Source of the DNA: Macrostomum lignano
Lineage: Eukaryota
Assembly (NCBI GenBank): GCA_002269645.1
Contig: NIVC01002503.1
Coordinates: 1-64,000, forward strand
DNA length: 64,000 nt
Reading direction: 5' to 3'
A model generated the notes under the pieces. It saw only the letters and a program-made list of their open reading frames with translations, was not told the DNA's origin and ran no database searches. The translations under genes were made by a program, and so were the position numbers. Of this stretch, positions 1-11,206 are shown piece after piece (positions within the stretch are counted from its first letter, which is position 1; every line of letters starts with the position of its first letter).

Positions 1-527
1 TCTCTTAGGCATGTCGCTGGCGTTGCTGACTTCAGAATCTGCGAGGAAAAGAAATCAATTAAGATAGGCTTGCTTTAGTAATCATTAATAGGCTATAAAG
101 GAACCCTTTAATAGAACGTGTTCAACTAATGCTGGGTCTGTTTTGAAAAGTCAGAACTCAGAAGTAGTCGCGATTAGAATCAGTATTGTCCCAATAAGTG
201 CGACCCAACAAATGCTGTTCAAAAAATAGGCCTGGCTGCAATGTCCCAATAAATGCCCAACAAATTACTAGCCTTGAGCTAGGCTGGGCTGTGTTTACTA
301 TTCATTGCGTTTGTAGCTTGTGTCCCAACAATGCCACTGAGATTGTTGCATTGCTTTTGAATTGTGCTCTACCAGGTAACACAAGTACTCTGGTGTACAA
401 TACTTCTACAGCAGATAATACTCACCCAAAACAGATCGTCTCTTTCTCTTTAATCCTGTGCCGGACGGGTTTTCTTCAGATCCACCAGAAAATTCACAAA
501 TAGACTGACTGCCTGCACGGATAGCTG

Positions 528-572
<45 letters not shown>

Positions 573-1179
573 GGCTTGAGCAGCAAGTGAACCAAATGAC
601 GGATGCAGCGGCGAGATCAGAATGCTCGCTGCTGATCGTTAAAGCGCATTCTTGTCTCTTAGGCATGTCGCTGGCGTTGCTGACTTCAGAATCTGCGAGG
701 AAAAGAAATCAATTAAGATAGGCTTGCTTTAGTAATCATTAATAGGCTATAAAGGAACCCTTTAATAGAACGTGTTCAACTAATGCTGGGTCTGTTTTGA
801 AAAGTCAGAACTCAGAAGTAGTCGCGATTAGAATCAGTATTGTCCCAATAAGTGCGACCCAACAAATGCTGTTCAAAAAATAGGCCTGGCTGCAATGTCC
901 CAATAAATGCCCAACAAATTACTAGCCTTGAGCTAGGCTGGGCTGTGTTTACTATTCATTGCGTTTGTAGCTTGTGTCCCAACAATGCCACTGAGATTGT
1001 TGCATTGCTTTTGAATTGTGCTCTACCAAGTAACACAAGTACTCTGGTGTACAATACTTCTACAGCAGATAATACTCACCCAAAACAGATCGTCTCTTTC
1101 TCTTTAATCCTGTGCCGGACGGGTTTTCTTCAGATCCACCAGAAAATTCACAAATAGACTGACTGCCTGCACGGATAGC

Positions 1180-1221
<42 letters not shown>

Positions 1222-1823
1222 GGCTTGAGCAGCAAGTGAACCAAATGACGGATGCAGCGGCGAGATCAGAATGCTCGCTGCTGATCGTTAAAGCGCATTC
1301 TTGTCTCTTAGGCATGTCGCTGGCGTGCTGACTTCAGAATCTGCGAGGAAAAGAAATCAATTAAGATAGGCTTGCTTTAGTAATCATTAATAGGCTATAA
1401 AGGAACCCTTTAATAGAACGTGTTCAACTAATGCTGGGTCTGTTTTGAAAAGTCAGAACTCAGAAGTAGTCGCGATTAGAATCAGTATTGTCCCAATAAG
1501 TGCGACCCAACAAATGCTGTTCAAAAAATAGGCCTGGCTGCAATGTCCCAATAAATGCCCAACAAATTACTAGCCTTGAGCTAGGCTGGGCTGTGTTTAC
1601 TATTCATTGCGTTTGTAGCTTGTGTCCCAACAATGCCACTGAGATTGTTGCATTGCTTTTGAATTGTGCTCTACCAGTAACACAAGTACTCTGGTGTACA
1701 ATACTTCTACAGCAGATAATACTCCAAAACAGATCGTCTCTTTCTCTTTAATCCTGTGCCGGACGGGTTTTCTTCAGATCCACCAGAAAATTCACAAATA
1801 GACTGACTGCCTGCACGGATAGC

Positions 1824-1860
<37 letters not shown>

Positions 1861-2480
1861 GCTGCTGCTGCGGCTTGGCAGCAGCAAGTGAACCAAATGA
1901 CGGATGCAGCGGCGAGATCAGAATGCTCACTGCTGATCGTTAAAGCGCATTCTTGTCTCTTAGGCATGTCGCTGGCGTTGCTGACTTCAGAATCTGCGAG
2001 GAAAAGAAATCAATTAAGATAGGCTTGCTTTAGTAATCATTAATAGGCTATAAAGGAACCCTTTAATAGAACGTGTTCAACTAATGCTGGGTCTGTTTTG
2101 AAAAGTCAGAACTCAGAAGTAGTCGCGATTAGAATCAGTATTGTCCCAATAAGTGCGACCCAACAAATGCTGTTCAAAAAATAGGCCTGGCTGCAATGTC
2201 CCAATAAATGCCCAACAAATTACTAGCCTTGAGCTAGGCTGGGCTGTGTTTACTATTCATTGCGTTTGTAGCTTGTGTCCCAACAATGCCACTGAGATTG
2301 TTGCATTGCTTTTGAATTGTGCTCTACCAAGTAACACAAGTACTCTGGTGTACAATACTTCTACAGCAGATAATACTCACCCAAAACAGATCGTCTCTTT
2401 CTCTTTAATCCTGTGCCGGACGGGTTTTCTTCAGATCCACCAGAAAATTCACAAATAGACTGACTGCCTGCACGGATAGC

Positions 2481-2517
<37 letters not shown>

Positions 2518-3138
2518 GCTGCTGCTGCGGCTTGTGAGCAGCAAGTGAACCAAATGACGGATGCAGCGGCGAGATCAGAATGCTCGCTGCTGATCGTTAA
2601 AGCGCATTCTTGTCTCTTAGGCATGTCGCTGGCGTTGCTGACTTCAGAATCTGCGAGGAAAAGAAATCAATTAAGATAGGCTTGCCTTTAGTAATCATTA
2701 ATAGGCTATAAAGGAACCCTTTAATAGAACGTGTTCAACTAATGCTGGGTCTGTTTTGAAAAGTCAGAACTCAGAAGTAGTCGCGATTAGAATCAGTATT
2801 GTCCCAATAAGTGCGACCCAACAAATGCTGTTCAAAAAATAGGCCTGGCTGCAATGTCCCAATAAATGCCCAACAAATTACTAGCCTTGAGCTAGGCTGG
2901 GCTGTGTTTACTATTCATTGCGTTTGTAGCTTGTGTCCCAACAATGCCACTGAGATTGTTGCATTGCTTTTGAATTGTGCTCTACCAAGTAACACAAGTA
3001 CTCTGGTGTACAATACTTCTACAGCAGATAATACTCACCCAAAACAGATCGTCTCTTTCTCTTTAATCCTGTGCCGGACGGGTTTTCTTCAGATCCACCA
3101 GAAAATTCACAAATAGACTGACTGCCTGCACGGATAGC

Positions 3139-3186
<48 letters not shown>

Positions 3187-3797
3187 AGCGGCTTGTGAGC
3201 AGCAAGTGAACCAAATGACGGATGCAGCGGCGAGATCAGAATGCTCGCTGCTGATCGTTAAAGCGCATTCTTGTCTCTTAGGCATGTCGCTGGCGTTGCT
3301 GACTTCAGAATCTGCGAGAAAAGAAATCAATTAAGATAGGCTTGCTTTAGTAATCATTAATAGGCTATAAAGGAACCCTTTAATAGAACGTGTTCAACTA
3401 ATGCTGGGTCTGTTTTGAAAAGTCAGAACTCAGAAGTAGTCGCGATTAGAATCAGTATTGTCCCAATAAGTGCGACCCAACAAATGCTGTTCAAAAAATA
3501 GGCCTGGCTGCAATGTCCCAATAAATGCCCAACAAATTACTAGCCTTGAGCTAGGCTGGGCTGTGTTTACTATTCATTGCGTTTGTAGCTTGTGTCCCAA
3601 CAATGCCACTGAGATTGTTGCATTGCTTTTGAATTGTGCTCTACCAAGTAACACAAGTACTCTGGTGTACAATACTTCTACAGCAGATAATACTCACCCA
3701 AAACAGATCGTCTCTTTCTCTTTAATCCTGTGCCGGACGGGTTTTCTTCAGATCCACCAGAAAATTCACAAATAGACTGACTGCCTGCACGGATAGC

Positions 3798-3848
<51 letters not shown>

Positions 3849-4452
3849 GCTTGAGCAGCAAGTGAACCAAATGACGGATGCAGCGGCGAGATCAGAATGC
3901 TCGCTGCTGATCGTTAAAGCGCATTCTTGTCTCTTAGGCATGTCGCTGGCGTTGCTGACTTCAGAATCTGCGAGGAAAAGAAATCAATTAAGATAGGCTT
4001 GCTTTAGTAATCATTAATAGGCTATAAAGGAACCCTTTAATAGAACGTGTTCAACTAATGCTGGGTCTGTTTTGAAAAGTCAGAACTCAGAAGTAGTCGC
4101 GATTAGAATCAGTATTGTCCCAATAAGTGCGACCCAACAAATGCTGTTCAAAAAATAGGCCTGGCTGCAATGTCCCAATAAATGCCCAACAAATTACTAG
4201 CCTTGAGCTAGGCTGGGCTGTGTTTACTATTCATTGCGTTTGTAGCTTGTGTCCAACAATGCCACTGAGATTGTTGCATTGCTTTTGAATTGTGCTCTAC
4301 CAAGTAACACAAGTACTCTGGTGTACAATACTTCTACAGCAGATAATACTCACCCAAAACAGATCGTCTCTTTCTCTTTAATCCTGTGCCGGACGGGTTT
4401 TCTTCAGATCCACCAGAAAATTCACAAATAGACTGACTGCCTGCACGGATAG

Positions 4453-4509
<57 letters not shown>

Positions 4510-5117
4510 GGCTTGGAGCAGCAAGTGAACCAAATGACGGATGCAGCGGCGAGATCAGAATGCTCGCTGCTGATCGTTAAAGCGCATTCTTGTCTCTTAG
4601 GCATGTCGCTGGCGTTGCTGACTTCAGAATCTGCGAGGAAAAGAAATCAATTAAGATAGGCTTGCCTTTAGTAATCATTAATAGGCTATAAAGGAACCCT
4701 TTAATAGAACGTGTTCAACTAATGCTGGGTCTGTTTTGAAAAGTCAGAACTCAGAAGTAGTCGCGATTAGAATCAGTATTGTCCCAATAAGTGCGACCCA
4801 ACAAATGCTGTTCAAAAAATAGGCCTGGCTGCAATGTCCCAATAAATGCCCAACAAATTACTAGCCTTGAGCTAGGCTGGGCTGTGTTTACTATTCATTG
4901 CGTTTGTAGCTTGTGTCCAACAATGCCACTGAGATTGTTGCATTGCTTTTGAATTGTGCTCTACCAAGTAACACAAGTACTCTGGTGTACAATACTTCTA
5001 CAGCAGATAATACTCACCCAAAACAGATCGTCTCTTTCTCTTTAATCCTGTGCCGGACGGGTTTTCTTCAGATCCACCAGAAAATTCACAAATAGACTGA
5101 CTGCCTGCACGGATAGC

Positions 5118-5165
<48 letters not shown>

Positions 5166-5778
5166 AGCGGCTTGTGAGCAGCAAGTGAACCAAATGACGG
5201 ATGCAGCGGCGAGATCAGAATGCTCGCTGCTGATCGTTAAAGCGCATTCTTGTCTCTTAGGCATGTCGCTGGCGTTGCTGACTTCAGAATCTGCGAGGAA
5301 AAGAAATCAATTAAGATAGGCTTGCCTTTAGTAATCATTAATAGGCTATAAAGGAACCCTTTAATAGAACGTGTTCAACTAATGCTGGGTCTGTTTTGAA
5401 AAGTCAGAACTCAGAAGTAGTCGCGATTAGAATCAGTATTGTCCCAATAAGTGCGACCCAACAAATGCTGTTCAAAAAATAGGCCTGGCTGCAATGTCCC
5501 AATAAATGCCCAACAAATTACTAGCCTTGAGCTAGGCTGGGCTGTGTTTACTATTCATTGCGTTTGTAGCTTGTGTCCCAACAATGCCACTGAGATTGTT
5601 GCATAGCTTTTGAATTGTGCTCTACCAAGTAACACAAGTACTCTGGTGTACAATACTTCTACAGCAGATAATACTCACCCAAAACAGATCGTCTCTTTCT
5701 CTTTAATCCTGTGCCGGACGGGTTTTCTTCAGATCCACCAGAAAATTCACAAATAGACTGACTGCCTGCACGGATAGC

Positions 5779-5843
<65 letters not shown>

Positions 5844-6523
5844 GCGGCTGGCAGCAGCAAGTGAACCAAATGACGGATGCAGCGGCGAGATCAGAATGCT
5901 CACTGCTGATCGTTAAAGCGCATTCTTGTCTCTTAGGCATGTCGCTGGCGTTGCTGACTTCAGAATCTGCGAGGAAAAGAAATCAATTAAGATAGGCTTG
6001 CCTTTAGTAATCATTAATAGGCTATAAAGGAACCCTTTAATAGAACGTGTTCAACTAATGCTGGGTCTGTTTTGAAAAGTCAGAACTCAGAAGTAGTCGC
6101 GATTAGAATCAGTATTGTCCCAATAAGTGCGACCCAACAAATGCTGTTCAAAAAATAGGCCTGGCTGCAATGTCCCAATAAATGCCCAACAAATTACTAG
6201 CCTTGAGCTAGGCTGGGCTGTGTTTACTATTCATTGCGTTTGTAGCTTGTGTCCCAACAATGCCACTGAGATTGTTGCATAGCTTTTGAATTGTGCTCTA
6301 CCAAGTAACACAAGTACTCTGGTGTACAATACTTCTACAGCAGATAATACTCACCCAAAACAGATCGTCTCTTTCTCTTTAATCCTGTGCCGGACGGGTT
6401 TTCTTCAGATCCACCAGAAAATTCACAAATAGACTGACTGCCTGCACGGATAGCGGCTGCTGCTGCTGCTGCTGCTGCGGCTTGTGAGCAGCAAGTGAAA
6501 TAAATGACGGATGCAGCGGCGAG
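1..6523. repeat. Tandem array of ~650-660 bp units (10 complete plus a partial copy running off the left edge), each with an internal (GCT)n microsatellite
   Basis: A near-identical unit recurs (ORF-track starts 198, 852, 1500, 2153, 2811, 3470 and onward). Similarity ends at ~6523, where GCGGCGAG is followed by unique sequence. Confidence 0.97.
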
Positions 6524-6540
6524 TTTGAATGCGGACGAAC
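1..6540 (-). CDS. Putative tandemly repeated coding exons of an unknown gene (exons 6540-6355, 5966-5679, 5290-5018, 4630-4354, 3967-3698, 3311-3039, 2650-2381, 1993-~1722, 1340-1080, 692-426, 38-edge)
   Basis: Each unit has acceptor TTGATTTCTTTTCCTCGCAG| and donor G|GTGAGT, both phase 1. Only the poly-Ala frame is open from acceptor to donor: (D)SEVSNASDMPKRQECALTISSEHSDLAAASVIWFTCCSQ(A)nIRAGSQSICEFSGGSEENPSGTGLKRKRRSVL. No homology recognised and no expression data. Confidence 0.6.
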
Positions 6541-9003
6541 CTGTGCGTGGGCGCACATAAGAAAAATCACTTATTGAGAAATCTGTCTGATTTGTTTGAA
6601 AACAGATTTAAATGTCGCTTTTCTAATAAATGCTTCATTGTCAATGAAATTTTACTGTACAATTAAAATACTCGTAGTTTGTCCCAACGGTGCTGCTTGT
6701 GTGAGTCAGATGGAGTATGTACAAATTTTACTCTCTCGATAGTGCCGCAGCAACTTACTTTGCCCTTAGCTGACTGCAGGCAGGCTTGCTTGTTTTAATA
6801 ATGCCCTAGAAAACAAAACACTTATTGCAATTAAGTTTCAGTTACTGGGAGTTGCAATTTTCTGAGATCCTATCTCTTTGCTGACCGCCCATCTTCCAAT
6901 CAGATGAGCTTCTTTTTTGTTGCTGACTCTGCCCTGCTTTTCTTTCGGCGTTTGCCTTTGCAGTAAGCTTTGTTTCTCGTTCTAGAATGCTGTCATTTTA
7001 TACTGTTCTTTAGTTATGTAATAATACTGCTTTGAGTAGAAAAATAATTTGACTATCGAATTATAACAGTAATATATTATATTAGTTGCCCAGCAAACTC
7101 ACATGGTATTTCTCCAAGTCTCTAGTACTGTGGGCGATGTGTCATGCGAGATTTCTTTCCTAAATGTTTTGATTGAAACTTTTAGTAAAATTTGTTCTTC
7201 CTAGAAGTGTAAATTTTGCCTACTTATGATTGCTCAACTGGCTGTTGTAAATTAATTGATAAATAAGGTGATCGTGCCGCCTCTCTTATATTTCACTGAG
7301 CTCAGAGTATTACTAGGCTGCTTATTATTTTTTTCAACGTACAAAAAATACGACATATACGAGTACGAGACAAGACTTACTTGACAATGAAGGCAAATCT
7401 GTTTGTTATAGAAGAAAACGGTAGCTTATCGATATCAACGTATCTGGAATTTTAGAAAAGTTACATATGTAAATTCCAGTTAAGTTTTTATTTAATCATA
7501 AAATTTTAAAAAGAATTTTAAATTCTACTTACATATGTGTAATGGTTCCTAGCCAAATCTTTTCATGCCAGGTCATGCATGGAAACTCTTGTGACGTGGC
7601 ACATTTTGTCTGTGTAGTGCAGGTCTCGTAAATGAATTATATTCGTTTGAACATATGCAGTACCGCCAGTACGCCGTTTGTCAAAGGGAACTTCTACATG
7701 TACCTTTCCGTTAGAATTGGCTCTTCCTCTTGTAGGCCTCAACTTCAGTGTAAACTTTATCCGACTCCCTTGCGCCCGCCTCTCCTCCCCGCTTCCCCCC
7801 GCCGCGATAGGAATGTACGCGTGGCCTGGGTAAGGGATTGCCTGGGTCTTGTACACGCTTGTCCTAACACTTCTGCACTGTACGTGGGTTTATCTTTACG
7901 ATCCAAGATAAGCAGAATTGTTTTTCAGGAAGGCCTAGTAGTTAGTTTTGGGCCAAACTAGTCATCGATTTCGACTTTACAGTGACAGTGACACGCAAAC
8001 ATGTGCTAGCAGTAGTCCATGCAGTCATCTTAAGTTTCTTGGTATCTCAGTACATTTCAGTATACCAGACGATAATTATCATAATTCTAGGAAAAATTTT
8101 GCTACATAGTATAGCTGCCCAAACCCAGGCCAATAAGGAAGTCATTTAAAGCCTTAGAGATTAAACGTTTCCCTCTAATACTCGTCCTCGGTTTTCTCGG
8201 GAAATGCAAAGTTTTTCTTTGCCCTTTATTTCTTTGCTCTAAAAGCGCTTCATAAGACTGTGAGAATTTCCACCGGAAAACTACCTCACTCAAAGTGTCA
8301 CTTTACGTTAATGGCCTCCAGTCACTAACTTGAGTCAGTTAATACCCATTCACATATGACAAATAGATTAATGCAGCTGACTGAAAACGAGAATTTCAGT
8401 TAAAATGGCCGAGGGCACAGGCGGATGTAACCTTAATTTGCCATGTTTCGTGTATAAGTGAAATTGGAAGCTAATGAATTTAGATGCAAGCTGTTTCTAT
8501 GCAAAAATCTAAATATACTAAATCTATAAGGTTTGTATGCTTGATTGTAATATTCTAAATCTTTATTAAATTATTTCATATTTTATAGTAAACACGATGC
8601 CAAATGTCAGGATCCTTTCAAGTGTCGATTGGCAGCCCTGTGGAGAACCTCTATCTGTTACTTGTAGTAGACTTTCTTGATATTGTAAGAAATATTGTAA
8701 TAAAACGAGAACTCCGATTTGAGACCCAATTGTTCTGTTGGATCAGACCATCAGTTCGCATAATTTTTTAAACTTCTTAGGACACTGCAAATCATTAGAT
8801 ACCCCGTGTTTGATTAAAAATATGAAAAAATCACATTGATTTTTGAAAGGAGAATCGAAAGACGGTTCCAATGAATATTTTTTCATTTCAATAGAATTCA
8901 TTTTTGGAAGTGTCAGGACGCACTTATTGGGCCTGGCCCAACACATTTTTGGTCCTAATAGCACGGGTCAGTTTATACACGCTTGTCCCAAGAAATGCCT
9001 AAT

Positions 9004-9155
9004 GCACACACACACACACACACACACACAGACAGACACACACACACAGACAGACAGACAGACAGACAAACACACACACACACAGACAGACAGACACACA
9101 CACACAGATAGACAGACACACAGACAGGCAGACAGACACACAGACAGACGCACAC

Positions 9156-9186
<31 letters not shown>

Positions 9187-9293
9187 CACACACAGACAGA
9201 CACACAGACAGACACACACAGACACACAGACAGACACACACAGACAGACAGACAGACAGACACACAGACACACAGACAGGCAGACAGACAGAC
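9004..9293. repeat. Compound (CA)n/(GACA)n microsatellite starting at the KCTD-exon donor
   Basis: Direct reading. On the minus strand the intron begins GTCTGTCTGTCTGCC. Confidence 0.95.
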
Positions 9294-9620
9294 CTGCAGC
9301 CGCATGGATCTCAGGTAGTTGATCACGTGACAGAACACATCGCCATCTCTGTCGATGAAGACGCGGTCGTCGCTGTCGCGCACGCCGGGCAGAAAGCGGC
9401 CGCCGAACATGGCAGCCAGCATGGAGTCGGGGTCGCGGCAAAGGGTACCCCGGGTTGTGCTGAAGTGACGACCGCCGACATTCAAGTTCACGATGTCGTT
9501 GTGGTCGCAGGCGGGTCCTCCGGCGGGTGATGGTTGAGGCTTAGGGAGGGTGGAAGAGGTGGGAGTAGGAAATCGGTTGATGTGGCAACAACCTTGATAT
9601 AGAAGCGGCTTTGAGTTCAT
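9294..9620 (-). CDS. Exon encoding a KCTD-type BTB/POZ (T1-like) domain; rest of the gene not located and 5' boundary uncertain
   Basis: [34 protein letters not shown]...[18 protein letters not shown] is the classic KCTD BTB signature. It ends at donor CAG|GTCTGT (9294). Confidence 0.85.
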
Positions 9621-9649
9621 AAATTCATGTAGGATGATTCAGGAGGGAG

Positions 9650-10290
9650 AGGTGAGGGCGGGAGGGAGGTAGGGAGAGACGGGGAGGGAGAGATGAGAGA
9701 GGTAGGGGTGTGAGGGACGGAGAGATAAGGGACGGAGAGATGAGGGATGGAGAGATGAGGGAGGGAGAGACGAGGGAGGGAGAGATGAGGGACGGAGAGA
9801 TGATAGAGGGAGAGATGAGGGAGGGAGAGATGAGAGAGGGAGAGATAAGGGAGATAGAGATGAGGGATGGAGAGATGAGGGAGGGAGAGATGAGGGACGG
9901 AGAAATGATAGAGGGAGAGATGAGGGATGGAGAGATGAGGGAGGGAGAGACGAGGGAGGGAGAGATGAGGGACGGAGAGATGATAGAGGGAGAGATGAGG
10001 GAGGGAGAGATGAGAGAGGGAGAGATAAGGGAGATAGAGATGAGGGATGGAGAGATGAGGGAGGGAGAGATGAGGGACGGAGAGATGATAGAGGGAGAGA
10101 TGAGGGAGGGAGAGATGAGGGAGGGAGAGATAAGGGAGGGAGAGATGAGGGAGGGAGAGATAAGGGAGAGATGAGGGAGGGAGAGATAAGGGAGGGAGAG
10201 TCAGAGATGAGGGAGGGAGAGATAAGGGAGGGAGAGATGAGGGAGGGAGAAATGAGGGAGGGAGAGATGATGGAGGGAGAGAGGATAAAG
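9650..10290. repeat. Polypurine (GA-rich) ~15-bp minisatellite (GGGAGAGATGAGGGA-like)
   Basis: Direct reading. It produces the spurious MRDGE/MREGE ORF. Confidence 0.92.
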
Positions 10291-10876
10291 GAACGGAGAG
10301 TTTATAAAGGGAGAAACGAAAGGAAGGGATAATTTAATGACTGCACTGAAAGAATGGAAGTTCAGAGTTTAAGCAGCGGTGGCAATAAAACAATGTCAAG
10401 TAGATCTCGGTCTATAAAAAGCTCCAATATTTTAACGAGATGGCTCTCAAACAAAAGAGCATTAGGAACTTTGCTACAAATGTTGAATTCTAGCTCGCAT
10501 ATGTAAATTTTCAAGAGCCATAAGTTTCAAGACTTTTGATTTATGACTTTAATGGCTTTGTTGATTTTTATTGTTAAAGTTTTTTATGACATCACTGCCG
10601 TCTTGTTGCTTAGGTTACATGGGAAGGTTAAATGCAATATAAAGCAAGATAAAATCAAAACTCATGGTTCCAATTTAGCAAGGTTTGGTTCGAAGGTAAA
10701 AAAATCCATGACTAAGACCTTGAGTATAGTTGACCAGAATCCTTCTGAAAATAATTACAAAACAAAAAATGAGAAGCAAGGCTGGTTCAGAGGGGCACAT
10801 TTTTTCCTTTGCTTTGCCTATTCTGTTGTCAGAACGTCTTGTAAAATGACAATGAAAATCACATCTAGAAATACAT

Positions 10877-11206
10877 GTATCAGGGGCGGGTTTAGTGGAG
10901 TATCAGGGGCGGGTTTAGTGGAGTATCAGAGGCGGGTTTAGTGGAGTATCAGGGGCGGGTTTAGTGGAGTATCAGGGGCGGGTTTAGTGGAGTATCAGGG
11001 GCGGGTTTAGTGGAGTATCAGAGGCGGGTTTAGTGGAGTATCAGAGGCGGGTTTAGTGGAGTATCAGGGGCGGGTTTAGTGGAGTATCAGAGGCGGGTTT
11101 AGTGGAGTATCAGAGGCGGGTTTAGTGGAGTATCAGAGGCGGGTTTAGTGGAGTATCAGAGGCAGGTTTAGTGGAGTATCAAGGGCGGGTTTAAGGGAGT
11201 ATCAGG
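10877..11206. repeat. 23-bp G-rich minisatellite GTATCAGGGGCGGGTTTAGTGGA, left part
   Basis: About 14 tandem copies, interrupted at 11206 by the hAT element. Confidence 0.95.

Noticed and set aside
198-5095. Repeated 101-aa plus-strand ORF (MRPNKCC...)
   Set aside because: It starts at GTG, lies mostly in the inferred minus-strand intron, is broken in several copies and has no recognisable motif. It is a by-product of the tandem unit.
1748-6570. Poly-Gln and poly-Ser readings of the (GCT)n tract
   Set aside because: In internal copies these frames are closed soon after the acceptor and stop before the donor. The poly-Gln frame is open only in the first copy, where it remains a possible alternative.
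7563-8293. ORFs 7563-7856, 7632-7961 and 8102-8293 as KCTD continuation or separate genes
   Set aside because: No recognisable motif and no convincing phase-compatible splice path from the BTB exon.
8600-8680. RGSPQG on the minus strand, resembling a LINE reverse-transcriptase motif
   Set aside because: The following residues do not fit the PQG-S-LSP-LF pattern and no other RT motifs are nearby.
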